A stretch of 64,000 nucleotides of DNA from contig OZ193910.1 of NCBI GenBank assembly GCA_964276515.1, positions 8,556,001 through 8,620,000 on the forward strand, given 5' to 3'. This stretch comes from Gordius albopunctatus. Lineage: Eukaryota. Position numbers and translations under genes: made by a program. Position 1 is the first letter of the stretch; each line of letters begins with the position of its first letter. Below, piece by piece: positions 1 through 11,929 of the stretch. The notes beneath the pieces were generated by a model that saw only the letters and a program-made list of their open reading frames with translations, was not told the origin of the DNA and searched no databases.

Positions 1-24
1 ACAGCTATAGGAAAAAAATCTTTC

Positions 25-138
25 CATGGGCGTAGCAAGCATTTTAGAGGGGGAAATAATGATTTAGGGAGGGAAAAAATGATCATTTTTCTAATCTACA
101 GCAGCCCCTCCCTGCCGCCGCCCTTGGCTACGCCCATG
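25..138. mobile_element. Small MITE with CATGGGCGTAGC terminal inverted repeats (TIRs)
   Basis: Begins CATGGGCGTAGC and ends GCTACGCCCATG. Single ends of the same TIR recur near 19310, 26650, 30750 and 31590. Confidence 0.7.
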
Positions 139-354
139 TATCTATCTACGATTGATTAAGTAGTCGTTCACAATGCGCCTATGAATTACAAAGCTATATA
201 GACATAACGTAACGTAACCTGCGCATGACAGGTATTCTTAGAATGTTGCTTAAGAATTGCAGAGCAATTAAGATAACTGCGTTTCTTAGATTTATATTCA
301 AGCAGGAAATAACATAAAAAGGTGACTATTTTTTATTAAATTTTTAATATATTA

Positions 355-1310
355 GCAACCTAGGTTCAGTGTCTCTCGCTTTCCTCAAACAAATCGGAAA
401 AGCGATGATGAATTCTTCTTTAGAACCTAAGGAATTCCTCTGCATCAGGCAAATATCACTATGGAAATCGTCAAATCAAACACGATTTCTACCAATTAGT
501 TTTTAACGCGTTTTCTTTTGTAGTATTTTATTTACCAATGTATTTTACCCATTAGATACTTTTATTAATTAATTATGGTAATAAATTATTTCTATATTTT
601 TTATAAACACTAAACTTTGAATGACAAAAATGTTAAGCACTAAAGTGAGTTGTATTTGTCTAAGGCTATAGCGATATTTTTTATTTTTTTTTGTTTATTT
701 GTTTAAAATCAGTTGACAGTAATATAATAAAAATCCATAAAATACAAAAACAAAATGCGTCAAATAATATAATAAAAATAAGCTATTATGATATAGCATC
801 ATCGAGAGGATATTCTAAAATTGACTTCGAAATCAGTAAGATTAGGTATTCGTCCTCCCGGGCAGCATATCGCTAGCTGCTTTTATATCCCTTTATAAAT
901 CGGTCGAAAATTTAAATTTTAATCTCACAGTCACAACACATGCAGACCCTCTGCTAACTCAAGCTTTAGAATTTGAATGTCACGCCCGAGATCATTCAAC
1001 CTCAAAGTACGAGACAGAAGGATTGGGATTTTGGACTTGTATCGCCTGGACTTGTATCACGCTCCGTTGATTACCTTCTATAGAGCTGCGGTGATAGCCA
1101 GCACAACCTTGGGTCCCTCGCTTTTGATGGTTCAGGGTCACGAGTTGAAGCCTATCCCACCAAGCTTTTGGGAATGCTGCTTGATGACTTTGAGCTTTCA
1201 TATTCCATAGCTTTAAAATTGGTGATTGTTACACCAAAGAGTTCTCTTGTCGGAATTGTCTTACCATAGTAGACGAATATGCCAGGCACCCTCAACACTG
1301 CCTAGCAAAC
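355..1310 (+). mobile_element. Decayed CRE-clade non-LTR retrotransposon fragments (3' part)
   Basis: About 360-490 reads LGSVSLAFLKQIGKAMMNSSLEPKEFLCIRQIS, resembling a CRE ORF C-terminus. About 1150-1300 reads ..PIPPSFG.LLDDFELSYSIALKL..CRNCLTIVDEYARHPQHC with frameshifts, resembling the CCHC region preceding the restriction-like endonuclease. Confidence 0.55.
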
Positions 1311-1319
1311 AAATAAAAA

Positions 1320-1920
1320 TATGTTAGGCACACTAACGCCAATTAATTAATTCAAGCTGCTCTTAAAAAGGCTAAAATCCCTTCAATTCTAAAGCCATCG
1401 GATCCATCTCTGGAAGGTAGGATGCGCCCTAAAGGCTCTTCTCGAGTCCCCTGGAAAAATGGCCTATCCTTTAAATGGGATTTCACTTGCATTGACTTAT
1501 TTGCCCCTTCCCATTTTAATTACAACCCTATCGCTACCGCACGAAAATCCGTGAACGATTCAAAATTTTATCTGGCTATAAGAATGCCAAGTTTTTGTTT
1601 CACTAGATGGTACCAAATGTTTATACGGGGGAGAACGTCTTCTTACCTCTCTATAAAAAACTAAGGCATATTTGCCAAAGGAGCCTCAACACGAAGCGAT
1701 CAATGGAATAAAAATGTTTGAGGCTAACAGGGCTTTGTATTTATTGGTTTTTCGCCCCACGGCAACAATTAAGGAATCATTGCTGTTCTTAGAGGGGGCA
1801 TATAGGTCAATACAGGTGAAGTCCCATTTTAGGTGAAGCGATGGCTCCTAGATGGATAGGATCTTTGCCCTCTTAATAGCACTTTAAATTAAAGCATTGG
1901 CCTTATTGTGCCGAACATAT
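1320..1920. mobile_element. Old foldback/MITE-like element with long degenerate inverted arms
   Basis: ATATGTTAGGCACACTAACGCCAAT (~1320) is the imperfect reverse complement of ATTGGCCTTATTGTGCCGAACATAT (~1896-1920). AAATGGGATTTCACTTGCATTGACTTAT (~1473) pairs with ATAGGTCAATACAGGTGAAGTCCCATTT (~1800-1829). Confidence 0.6.
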
Positions 1921-2298
1921 CTACGAGTGTGCTACAATTTCGAGAAATAAATGGCTTGGGAAATTTCATCCCTAGTCTGTACAAAAGTTCCGGGTCGTCC
2001 AGCATCACCCCGGTAAGACAGCTTGGGTAGACATCTAGTCATTCTTGACCTGGGCCAATAAACAAAAACGACTTATTTTTCCAAATAGTTAAAGCTATGG
2101 GTAGTCCTCTTTAATCGAGTACAATTTATGATATCTTGTACGGATATGTAAGATGAAATAAATGAAACTTGAGATATTGAGGCAGGTGAGCGAATCCCTA
2201 AACCACCTTTGGTAGGGAAACATGTAGCCAGCTATGAGCATTGAATTTGATATTTAAAATAGATTGCAAAATAGATTTAATATTTTGTTCGAAGAGGT

Positions 2299-3320
2299 TT
2301 AAAATTTCCGAATGTAAAAAAGCACTTGAAGAGCGAAAACAGTGCTGAATTTTTGAAATATTAGAATATTTTTAATTATATAAAAAGCGTGATGTAAAGG
2401 CATAAACTTTAAGAAAGCTAATATTGATTTTAAAATAGTTAGATATTTCTCCAAATAATTTGCGAATCCAACTTTACCGCCTATAGGCGATCCGAGATGG
2501 CACATAGGGTCTTTCTTGATTGTTAAAAAAGGGGTAAGGTTGGGATATAATGAGTAGTCAAGAGGCTGAAAGATTTCGCATTTGGTCTCATAAGTTTTAA
2601 TTTTAAAATTGGTATTTTAATAGCTTTAAAAACTTTGCCAGTATGACCACAAAGAGTGCATCGTCCAAGTACTAAGTATTTAAAGTTAAGTCACATTCGT
2701 GCGATATTTTTTCAGCTAATCTTTGAATAAAAAAAATTTCCAAGAGATGTTTGTCACACTAAGGTGGTCAGCTTCTTTAGATATTTGGATCAGGGGGGAT
2801 TTTCGGCTGTCCAGGCCTGACAGCCGTGTTGACGATGTGATTTTGAATCTTTTGAAATAAGTGCCAGAGGCGGGATTGAACCTGCGAGCTCTTGTTTCAA
2901 AGACTAAACCTATACCCACTACGCCACCACGCCCCTTAAATAATCTTTGAATACCTGAGAAAAATAATGGCGGACCCAGTGGGTCGCCTGGTTGGATGCC
3001 TTCGGATGAATTTATTTTGAAATCCCCAAATCTTAAAAAGGATGTTGAGCCATAAATTGTAGTTATGGAACTCTGGAAAATTCTCGAGAACATTTTCAAT
3101 AGGAACTTCTCTGTGAATGCAATTAAAAGCGTTGGCAAAGTCAAATTTGACCATGCCATCATCCAATGGTAGGGATACCAGGGCTAGCCTAGCAGCATGA
3201 CTAGCAGCTTCGCAGCCTCCCTTTATTCCAAAACCTAATTCGTCTGGACATAGGTTTGTAGAAAGTAACCGGTTTATTTTATTACATATTATCTTAGAAA
3301 AGATCCTCCGATGACAACTT
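2299..3320 (-). mobile_element. CRE-clade LINE reverse transcriptase pseudogene fragment, interrupted by a SINE
   Basis: Motifs LGFGIKGGCEA, KFDFANAFN, GIQPGDPLGPPLF, YLDD (~2665) and LGSPIG occur in order, with stops and frameshifts. Confidence 0.8.
2730..2940 (-). mobile_element. tRNA-derived SINE with 13-bp TSD
   Basis: The minus-strand head has a Pol III A box (TGGCGTAGTGG) and B box (GGTTCAATCCC), and the 3' end is a T-run. TAATCTTTGAATA flanks it at 2717-2729 and 2941-2953. Confidence 0.85.
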
Positions 3321-4201
3321 TTTTCTGTTGCTGCATAAAAATTGAACATTATTGATTTTTATCAAAATCAATCCACATAGTGTTAATTAGGACAAAAGAA
3401 AATTAATGGTTAAAACAATAATTGATATTAAAAAATAGCATTAAAAATAGTTTGTCAGATTATAGATTATTTAAATTTTAAATAATTTCTATGAGCAAAA
3501 CTAACTATAAAGTGTTTGACCAACAATAAAAATATAATACAAAATAATTTTACATGGCAAAATTTTTTTGCAGTAGGATATATGTAATAACACTTAGAGC
3601 TGTTGAATAAGTAGTTAAATGTTACTAGCTAGTTCATTTTTCAAGAAAAGATATTGTAAGTAGTTAATTATCCTTTAAACCCATTTCAAATAAAATTGTA
3701 GTTACTCTCTATAAATCTAAAAATTATTATTTAAATAGTTTGTCTTTTTTGCTTCTTAATTCAAATACTTTATTTGCTTTGTGATGAATTATATTAAAAT
3801 TAAATCACCATATAATGCCTTTTGATTTTTATATGAAAATTTGAAATAACATTAAAACATATTTTTTTATTTTTAAATTGGGGAAAAATTTACCTGGGGA
3901 ACTTTAATAATTTAAAACTTTTAGGATAACAAAAAAATGTTCAAGATTATTTTTTTCCAAATTAATTTACACACAAAATTTAATCAATAATTAAAAACTG
4001 ACATTTGGATGCAGGATAAAATAGATTTTCTTTGTCTTATATTCAAGCCTTCTTATTATATTTACTGTATAAAAGGTATAAAATAGAATTTTAAAAAAGT
4101 TATAAATGAAAGCCCATCAAACATAACATATTTATAAACAAAAAGGTATTCCTGATAAGGTTTAGTGCAATTTTTTAACTAAACATTATAAAATATCTTA
4201 C

Positions 4202-5001
4202 ATAGCCTTGAATCTCCAAAAATACTATAGAACCAAACTTATCAATGATGGCATCAATTTCTTCCGTGACATCAAAATAGGCTTCATTATTAGTATATTT
4301 AGTTCCTATACGTCGCCATGGTATGGTAGAAAGTTGTCCTTTTGGCAAATCAGAGCTTATACTAAATTTATTATGTATTTATAAATAATCCATAAATACT
4401 TTGATTTTCCAGTTACAGTATTTGTTATTGTTCGTAAAATATTAGGGGGTCTGATTAATTCTTTCAAAATATTTGACTCTGTGGCAAGGGGAAATCCATT
4501 GTCTAACATTTCATCTAAAACCTAAAGAATGATTATTAATTTATAAGAATGTGTACTTCATATATAATAACATAATTTTCTTTAATTGTGTTTTCATTAC
4601 AATCCTGAAAATAGTCAATAATTGTATCAACAATGCGATGCAAAAACTCAATGACAAATAAAGCTGGAACTACATATATTTAGCTTAGTAACAAAACATT
4701 TTAATTACATTCATTTGATAGAACAGCAACAAAATATAATTTTTGACGATATATATTAGCAAGAAAATATTTTGGTGTAGATATAATGGGTAAAATGTCT
4801 TCTGGTGATGATACCTATGTTTAAATATTACTTTAAGATAAATAATATACTTTTTTTTGCTCCTCAAAAATATAATCACAAACTGATTTACTAATAACAC
4901 TCTTCCAATGTTTTTCCATAAATATATCTCTAATATCATTATAATTTGGATTTCACACATATTTACCCGCTCTTATTAATTATAAAAAGGCTATGAATCA
5001 T
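4202..5001 (-). CDS. AP3M1: AP-3 complex subunit mu, 5' exons only (rest presumably left of the window)
   Basis: Spliced translation MIHSLFIINKSGDIFMEKHWKSVISKSVCDY...VLDEMLDNGFPLATESNILKELIRPPNILRT...GQLSTIPWRRIGTKYTNNEAYFDVTEEIDAIIDK. ATG at 5001, first intron 4930-4966, last visible donor GTAAG at 4201. Confidence 0.93.
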
Positions 5002-5852
5002 TTGTGTAAACTTTTTCAAGTATCGCAAGGCAGCGTGTTATAACATTGACCCCACACGTTGGTACTAATGTCGAACAATATTTTAAATTCGAAAGTATAA
5101 AGTTACTTCAATAAATGTATCCATATTTTGGTCTGAGGGGGTTCTGTTATTTATTTCTGTATCCCGCATAAATATTTTACAAAGACGGATATATATGTTT
5201 GGTAAAATCAGAGCCATTTGATTAAATCTTGATTAAATGTCGATTAAAAATAAGCCTTATTATTATTAAATATATTATATTACCTACTCCATAAATAAAA
5301 TAATGACAAAAAACGAATAGTTGTTTTACCTATTCGACACGCCATGGTAAGAGAATAGGGAAGGTACTTAAACAGCAGCTTCTTTTGAAGTAGTAAAAAT
5401 TTGAAATATATGTAGTGACGTCAATTAATTTTGTAGAATCGAATCCAATGACGTCAATTAATTCTATTTCTAAGGCATTCCCAGAAAATAATCGATCTTC
5501 ATGGAAACTCATTGATTAGTTTAGATCTTCCAAGAATAGTATCGATTTTCCAATGATAATGATTATATATTTTATAATAACTTTATAAACTCAATTTACG
5601 CACATGTTCAATCAATCGTGTAATTTTTATTCCCCAGTTTTTTATATTCGTCGAGAAATAAAGTAACTTGTAACTGCGTGCAAGTTATTAAATAAATCAT
5701 AGAGCAACTGATTTAATTAACTAGATCAGAAAAATTTAATTTCAGTATGACACTAATTAAAAATCAACGAACAGAATTTATTGAAAACCATGGGAAGAAC
5801 CTTAACGTTAAATGGTGTCACAGTTAGTGGCATAGCTAACTTTTACCTTTAA

Positions 5853-6136
5853 TCGCCATCTGCCCAGGTAGACCAGTCGAATAGCTCCTCTTTTTCGTCG
5901 AAGCCGTCTGGAAAAGGTTCACTCTCTGGTGGTTGTCCCGAGATGATGGATGGAACTGTGTACCTTTCAGGAGACAAACAATTACGGGATGGGTATTCGG
6001 CCGGGTTCTCGTCTATTGGGATCTATTGGATGTTGTAGCGGATGGCTAGGAGAGCGTTGAGCCCGTACTCTTTGATGAATCGTGAGATCAGCTCCTCGAT
6101 GATTGGTGAGTTTGATTCTCCTTTAAGTAGAACGTA
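5853..6136 (-). mobile_element. Fragment of a diverged relative of the 27421-30563 retroelement (end of RNase H plus acidic tail)
   Basis: Translates YVLLKGESNSPIIEELISRFIKEYGLNALLAIRYNIQ*IPIDENPAEYPSR...EELFDWSTWADGD, collinear without gaps with the C-terminus of ORF 27774-29813. Confidence 0.92.
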
Positions 6137-7039
6137 AAGCAAATTGAGACCCTTTATTAACCCTGACTAAAGCTTTAAAGTAAACCATAACATACTTAAG
6201 GCAAACATCTAAGTCCCTTAATATTACCATCATCAATTATAGCCCATAGTGTTTATTGCAGGTTTACCTTAGCGTTATAAACCACAAAGTGCGAATGACT
6301 TTTAATTATAATATTATTTACATAATTGATAAAAAACGTGTAAAAACAACTATAAAAGCAGTATTATTATAGGATAAAGAACATAAGGTTTTAAATTAAA
6401 GTGCACGTATTTAAATTTATGACAAAAATCATTAAAATCAAATTTATAATCCAAATAATTACGTTCAAATCTTAACTAACTTTGCCTTTATATAATTATT
6501 TATGAAATACAGTATAGGTTCGTGTATTATTTTTATATTGCACAATTATAGAAATGAAAGTAATTGCCAACCCAGCTTATAATGTGAAAGTAATGCATAT
6601 GACAAAACTATTTATTCACAAAATTTCTTATTAAGGTTCAAAAATTTGGGAGGTATATTATTAGTTGAAGTATAAAGCTTCTATAAAAACTCATGTTTTA
6701 ATCTATTACGGTGTCTTCGAATACTCAGTTGTACTTTTGAAATCGTTAGGCAGGCACAAATGATGTTGGGTGCCCAAAAAAGCTCGAGCGACCTTAGCTT
6801 AACTTGTTTATTTATTCTGATTGACCACCGATTTATAATTACCGCATCATGCAGAATGAGTAACTGAGAAATTCAATTAGTAATATTTATTATTCAATCA
6901 AAACTCATTCTAAGCCTAAATATTTGTAATATTTAATAATGCTATGGATACAAATATGTGATAAATATATAATAAAATTATTAACATCTTAATATTTTAA
7001 ATGTAAATCATGCAAATTAAAATACACCATAATTTACTA

Positions 7040-7178
7040 AAATCTAACGATCAATAAAAAGTCGAGATCTTGCCGAAAAAATCTCGTATCGTCTCCTCTC
7101 AACATCCAAATTCTCATCTCGATCTCGACTCCATTTTTCAAATTCTCGTCTCTTCTCTCGGTTTTTCCGCATCACTAG
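7040..7178. repeat. Partial MITE of a GAGAC/TCTCG-rich family
   Basis: TCTCG/CGAGA motif cluster ending CGCATCACTA. Related segments lie at 10877-10963 (ending CGCAACACTA), ~18620-18690 and ~56670-56790. Confidence 0.5.
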
Positions 7179-7229
7179 TGAGAAGTAAAGTCTCGACGTC
7201 GGTTTTCTTAAATTAGTCAAAAACAAAAA

Positions 7230-8225
7230 TGGTCAAACCTTATTCAAGCCGAAGGAAGTGATGGAAAGGTGGAAAGAAAATTTTAAGAAACTTATGAATA
7301 TTGCAAATGACAAAGATTCCCTTCCCGATATTGAGCCAAACATTATTATAATCGAACTCATCGAGGAGGATGAAGTTAGGATACAAATTAACAAGGTGCA
7401 AAAAGGAAAAGCAAATGGCCGAAATGGAATACCTATAGAAGCATTGCTCGGATGTCGTGAAGAAGGAGTCGCCACTATGACGAAAGAGCGTATTCCTAAT
7501 CAATGGAGAGCAAGCACGATTATCCTAATTTAAAAGCTAAGGAGACCCTCAGGGTCACGACTGAGGCAATTACAGAGGTGCCAAGTTAACTTACCACTCC
7601 TTGAAGCTTATGGAAAGGATGTTAGTAACAAGGCTGAAAAACAAGGAGGAAAGATCCGCTAACCAATTCGGATTTGTGGTCATGATGGATAAATTGGGTA
7701 AAAAGAGAAGTAGCTTACATATGATCTTTATCGACTTGGAGAAAGCTTATGACACTGTTCCTCGCGATTTAATATTGTGCTTGAGGAAACAAAATATCCC
7801 TGACGCATATATACGGCTTATGAAAAATATCTATGAAGCCTCAAACTCTTGCGTTAGGACGACAGTTGGAGACTCTAAACCTTTTCGGGTTAAAATTGGA
7901 TTAAATCAAAGATCTGCTTTAAATCCCTTTCTATTTAATATTATTATAGACACGATATTGAGGGACATTTAAAAGCCATAGCCATGGTGTATGCTATATG
8001 CTGATGATATAGTACTATGCGAGGAAACAAGGGAGGAAGTATTCAAAGAAGCCTAAAAGTGGTCGTTAAAAGGTCAACGATCGAAAATAGTGTACATGGA
8101 AATAAAACGTATAGGCAGCCCATCGCTGGATGACCACCTAAAGTACCCAAAAGTAGACAGATTTACATAACTCGGCTCTATACTACATCAAGAAGGAGGT
8201 TGCGCAACAAAAGTCAATGTCAGGG
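7230..8225 (+). mobile_element. Degraded RTE LINE internal fragment (same family as 43101-46186 and 52558-55641)
   Basis: MERWK..FKKLMNIANDKDSLP, FIDLEKAYDTVPRDL and PWCMLYADD match the full-length copies, with deletions and stops. Confidence 0.9.
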
Positions 8226-9289
8226 AAAATATCAATATTTTATTATTTTCGCCTTTAATATTTTTATATTCAATCTTTGCATTTTTATGAATAAATTCAT
8301 TTATAGCGATATTTAGAAATTAAAAAACTTGAAAAATAATCGAACGTTCGAATCAAATTCGAATCATTATTTTAATATTCGACGACTCTCAAATCTAATA
8401 TTTTTTCAAATAAAAATATCGAAACCGAATGGAATACTAAAAATATTCGATTTGATTAGAAATCCAGACGTGTAGTGGAAAGACCAGAGTGGTCAATTTC
8501 TAGCGCTTAGCTCCCTTGTTTTAAGATTTTTTCGACACCTGCTTCATCTGCCTCGAGTGAGAGGTGTTTTTAATCAATGGGCCGGATTTATGAAAGCCGG
8601 AGAACAAATTTAAACGCGGAAATTTTTGATGTCTCTATTTTTTTGCATCAAAATAGTTCCATTATCTATTTATAATTATATTATGTACGTTTTATTTTTT
8701 AATTAAAAATTTTATCAAAAGGGCCCGGGCCGGGCCTGATTTTTTTCCATTTTAAATTCCGGGCTCGGGGGGGCCTTAAAAATTCAATTTTACAGGTCTC
8801 TATCCATGACTTTAATGACATGCCTTACATACACGGACAAATTGTCCCATTCATAATTCAGCTGAGGCCAGAAATATTAGAAACTCGCAATAGATTTAGT
8901 TTATGATATTTCAGGGTAAGGGTACTCTTCATACAATTTATTAACACTCGCTGCCCGAAAAGATCCGAAATAACTATCCCTCATCTATAAATAATAAAAA
9001 AAACTTTCACAGCTTAGTTTTACTTTGTAGCTATAAAAGATCTTTAATTCTGTTATTCTTTAATATATGAAATTTTTATTTGATATAGACCTAAGTCCTT
9101 ACGTGTTGTCCTTTCAGATAGTTATTTATCTTTAAAAATAATGTTGATCGTAAGCATTGATAAATGAACATTGCTTGAATGTCTAGTTTTAAGGGCAAGG
9201 GCGCCCTTGAAAGTGAGTTGGCCACTTTAATTTGTTACACTTAATGTTTTCTAAAGAAAATTAGAAGGCCGATATGTGATCGGCCCAGC

Positions 9290-9750
9290 AATCGGTTATT
9301 TATTTACAATTCTGGGAATCCCTATTTTCCCCAAACAATCAAACCAAAGGTTTATGATCAATGTTAATAATAAATTTCCTTCCGTAGAGGTAGGTTTTAT
9401 ATTTCTGACCGCCCACCATAGTATTGCCTTGTCTTCCTTATCAAGAGTAGCACTACTTTCCTCGCTCTTGGAAAGTGTTCTTGGAGCATATGCAATAGGG
9501 CGAAAGGGTTCAGCCTTCACTGTCCCAAAACCATTATCAGAAGCGTCGGTTTCAAGCACCAGAGGTGATGCTGGGAGATCGATTACCCTTCTTTAAAATC
9601 GTGCTTTTAAAAATATTTGCCCTCACATGTGACCACTCTCATCTAGATTCAGTATAATTACTTCAGAGTCAAGGGGATAAAATGCTTTTAAGGTTCAAAA
9701 CATATTTTCTTGGTAGCAAAGCATTTCGAGAAAAGATTTTATGGATAATT
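9290..9750 (-). mobile_element. Decayed Gypsy RT-connection/RNase H fragment
   Basis: LETDASDNGFG...RPIAYAPRTLSKSEE..ATLDKE..AIL is a Ty3/Gypsy RNase H pattern. Confidence 0.75.
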
Positions 9751-10230
9751 TATTTATTTAAGGATGCCGAAGAATCGAGAGAAAATTGTAGGGCGACGGT
9801 CGAGAATGATTTTATTATCTTAATATAGATGTTAACGTACGACATCACACTTTATTTAATTTAAGTTTGCAAATAGCGATAGTGCAAGAACAAGTGATTT
9901 AAAAGTAGATTATACAAGTAAAATGGGAAATTACCGTAAGATGATTTATAAGTAGAAAATAATTTTTAATCACTTACAATAAACAATTTGTATCTCTAGT
10001 CGTTTTCTTCCTTGGGGTTGGCATGGTTGAAAGATCAAGGGTTTGGCTCAGCGTGTCAGAAAAAGCAGATGTTAATTTAATATTTAAAGTTTTTAATATT
10101 TTAGAAATTTAATCAAATTCGCTGTTAACTCGCGCAAAGTGTCTTTCTCTGAAATATCTTTTTAGTTAAAGAACAATGACCAATAACTTTGATGTTTTCA
10201 AATATCACCGTGAAAATCATAATGCAACTA

Positions 10231-10565
10231 GTCCCTTTGCGAAATCGCGGCTTCCTTTGAGCCTCCCTCCCTCTCTATCTAATTGGCTTATATGCTTACA
10301 TAACACTATACCTTTAGTGCATGCAAGTGATTGATGAGTGTGGTGCGTGCAAGAGTAGTGGGTTAATACGAACTATTCCTACTACTACGCCTGTCATCCT
10401 CGCCCTCTACTAGAGTAATAGCTCGTATTACGCCACTAATCTTACACAACCACACCCCCACATCATCCATCAATCACTCACATGCACCAAGAGTATAGTC
10501 TTATAAACCCAATTAGATAGAGAGGGAGGGAGTGAGGCTCAAAGGATGCCGCTTCGCCAAGGGAC
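10231..10565. mobile_element. Foldback MITE, almost entirely palindromic, flanked by TA
   Basis: GTCCCTTTGCGAA...CCTTTGAGCCTCCCTCCCTCTCTATCTAATTGG at the left pairs with CCAATTAGATAGAGAGGGAGGGAGTGAGGCTCAAAGG...TTCGCCAAGGGAC at the right. Complementarity continues inward, and TA lies on both sides. Confidence 0.8.
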
Positions 10566-11929
10566 TAATTGAAATTCGATATATATTAAAAAGTAAAAAC
10601 AATAAGGGGAAAAATCATTTTTCAATGTTTTACCCTAAGTTTGTTCTACCATTTCGAGGTTAGAAATTTTTTTTCGCCATTCAATATCGCTCTATTGAGC
10701 ATCGAAAATAGTCAAAAACAGTCATTTTCGCAACTTTGAATCGAAATGTCTAGAAAACTTGACGTATAGGAAAAAAACGAAAGACATATTTGTGTTCACC
10801 ACAAAAAAACTCTATCGGAATATGTTGCCCGTTTCCCGGTTATTTTTTTTGTACACCAGTGTTATTTTTAAAAGTGGAGACGAGACGAGATCGAGATTTT
10901 AATAATTTCACCCGAGACGAGATTTCGCTTTCGAGACCGAGACGAGACGAGATCGCAACACTAATAATGAGTATATAAATTTTAGCATTTGGCCTGGGTC
11001 AGATAAAGTAGAAGTTAGCAACGGTCAGCATTAATTTGCAGGGAATTATTTATCCAGTTTCGCATTCATCCGTTAAAAATTAACAACCTAGACAAATTGC
11101 CAAATAAATTTATTAATAAAGGTAATCAGTCAGGCACAAAAACAATAATAAAATTTGAGCTTAGGCGAGGTCGAAAAAAGTAAACCCAATCAGCGGTCAG
11201 CTGAATATAAGTCTTTCACAGAAGCATAAGTCCACAGCCATTAAAAATCCGTATAAGTTTCCACAGGTAATTATTTAAAAATTACAGGACAGGACGGACA
11301 ACCAAGAGAGAGCCCACAAATTGCATAGCAATTTAAATAAAAAATAATTTTAAAACATATTAAATTAATTCACTCAATATTGCTAGAGGGTACAAATGAG
11401 GAGGCAAATATGGGCAGCTGCATCCCTCCAAATTCAAAAATCCCCGATGGAATAACTTTTTTTGCCCTATTTAAAATGCCCCCCTCCAATTTAAATTGGC
11501 TCCGCTCATGGGATCACGTGTATAAATTATTTTTAACATTTATAATGGGGGTTGAGCTATTGATGAATTAATGAACTAGGATGGAAACAAAATTTAACTT
11601 TCCTTTTTAATTTAATATACATAAAATAATTACGAATTGGAACATTATAAAAACACCTTCTTTTATACTAAATCTAATTAATTTTTTAATGGGCTTTTAA
11701 CGGGCCTCAAGTATAACTAGGCCCGGCACGAGCCCGTTACGCTATATATCAGCCCGCCCAGTTCCGACCCGTTGTTTTATTTTTAAGTATAAGCCTGTCC
11801 AACACCGGGCCCGCGGTCCGGGCTTAATCAAAAATATCAAGGCAAAAAATTATCGCATGTTAATTGTTATAATAAAAACTATTAAAGTGGTACGTACGCC
11901 ACACCTTCTTTTTTTATTATCTAGCCATA

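Noticed and set aside
2864..2940. Possible tRNA gene
   Set aside because: The acceptor and anticodon stems pair poorly. It is the head of a TSD-flanked SINE.
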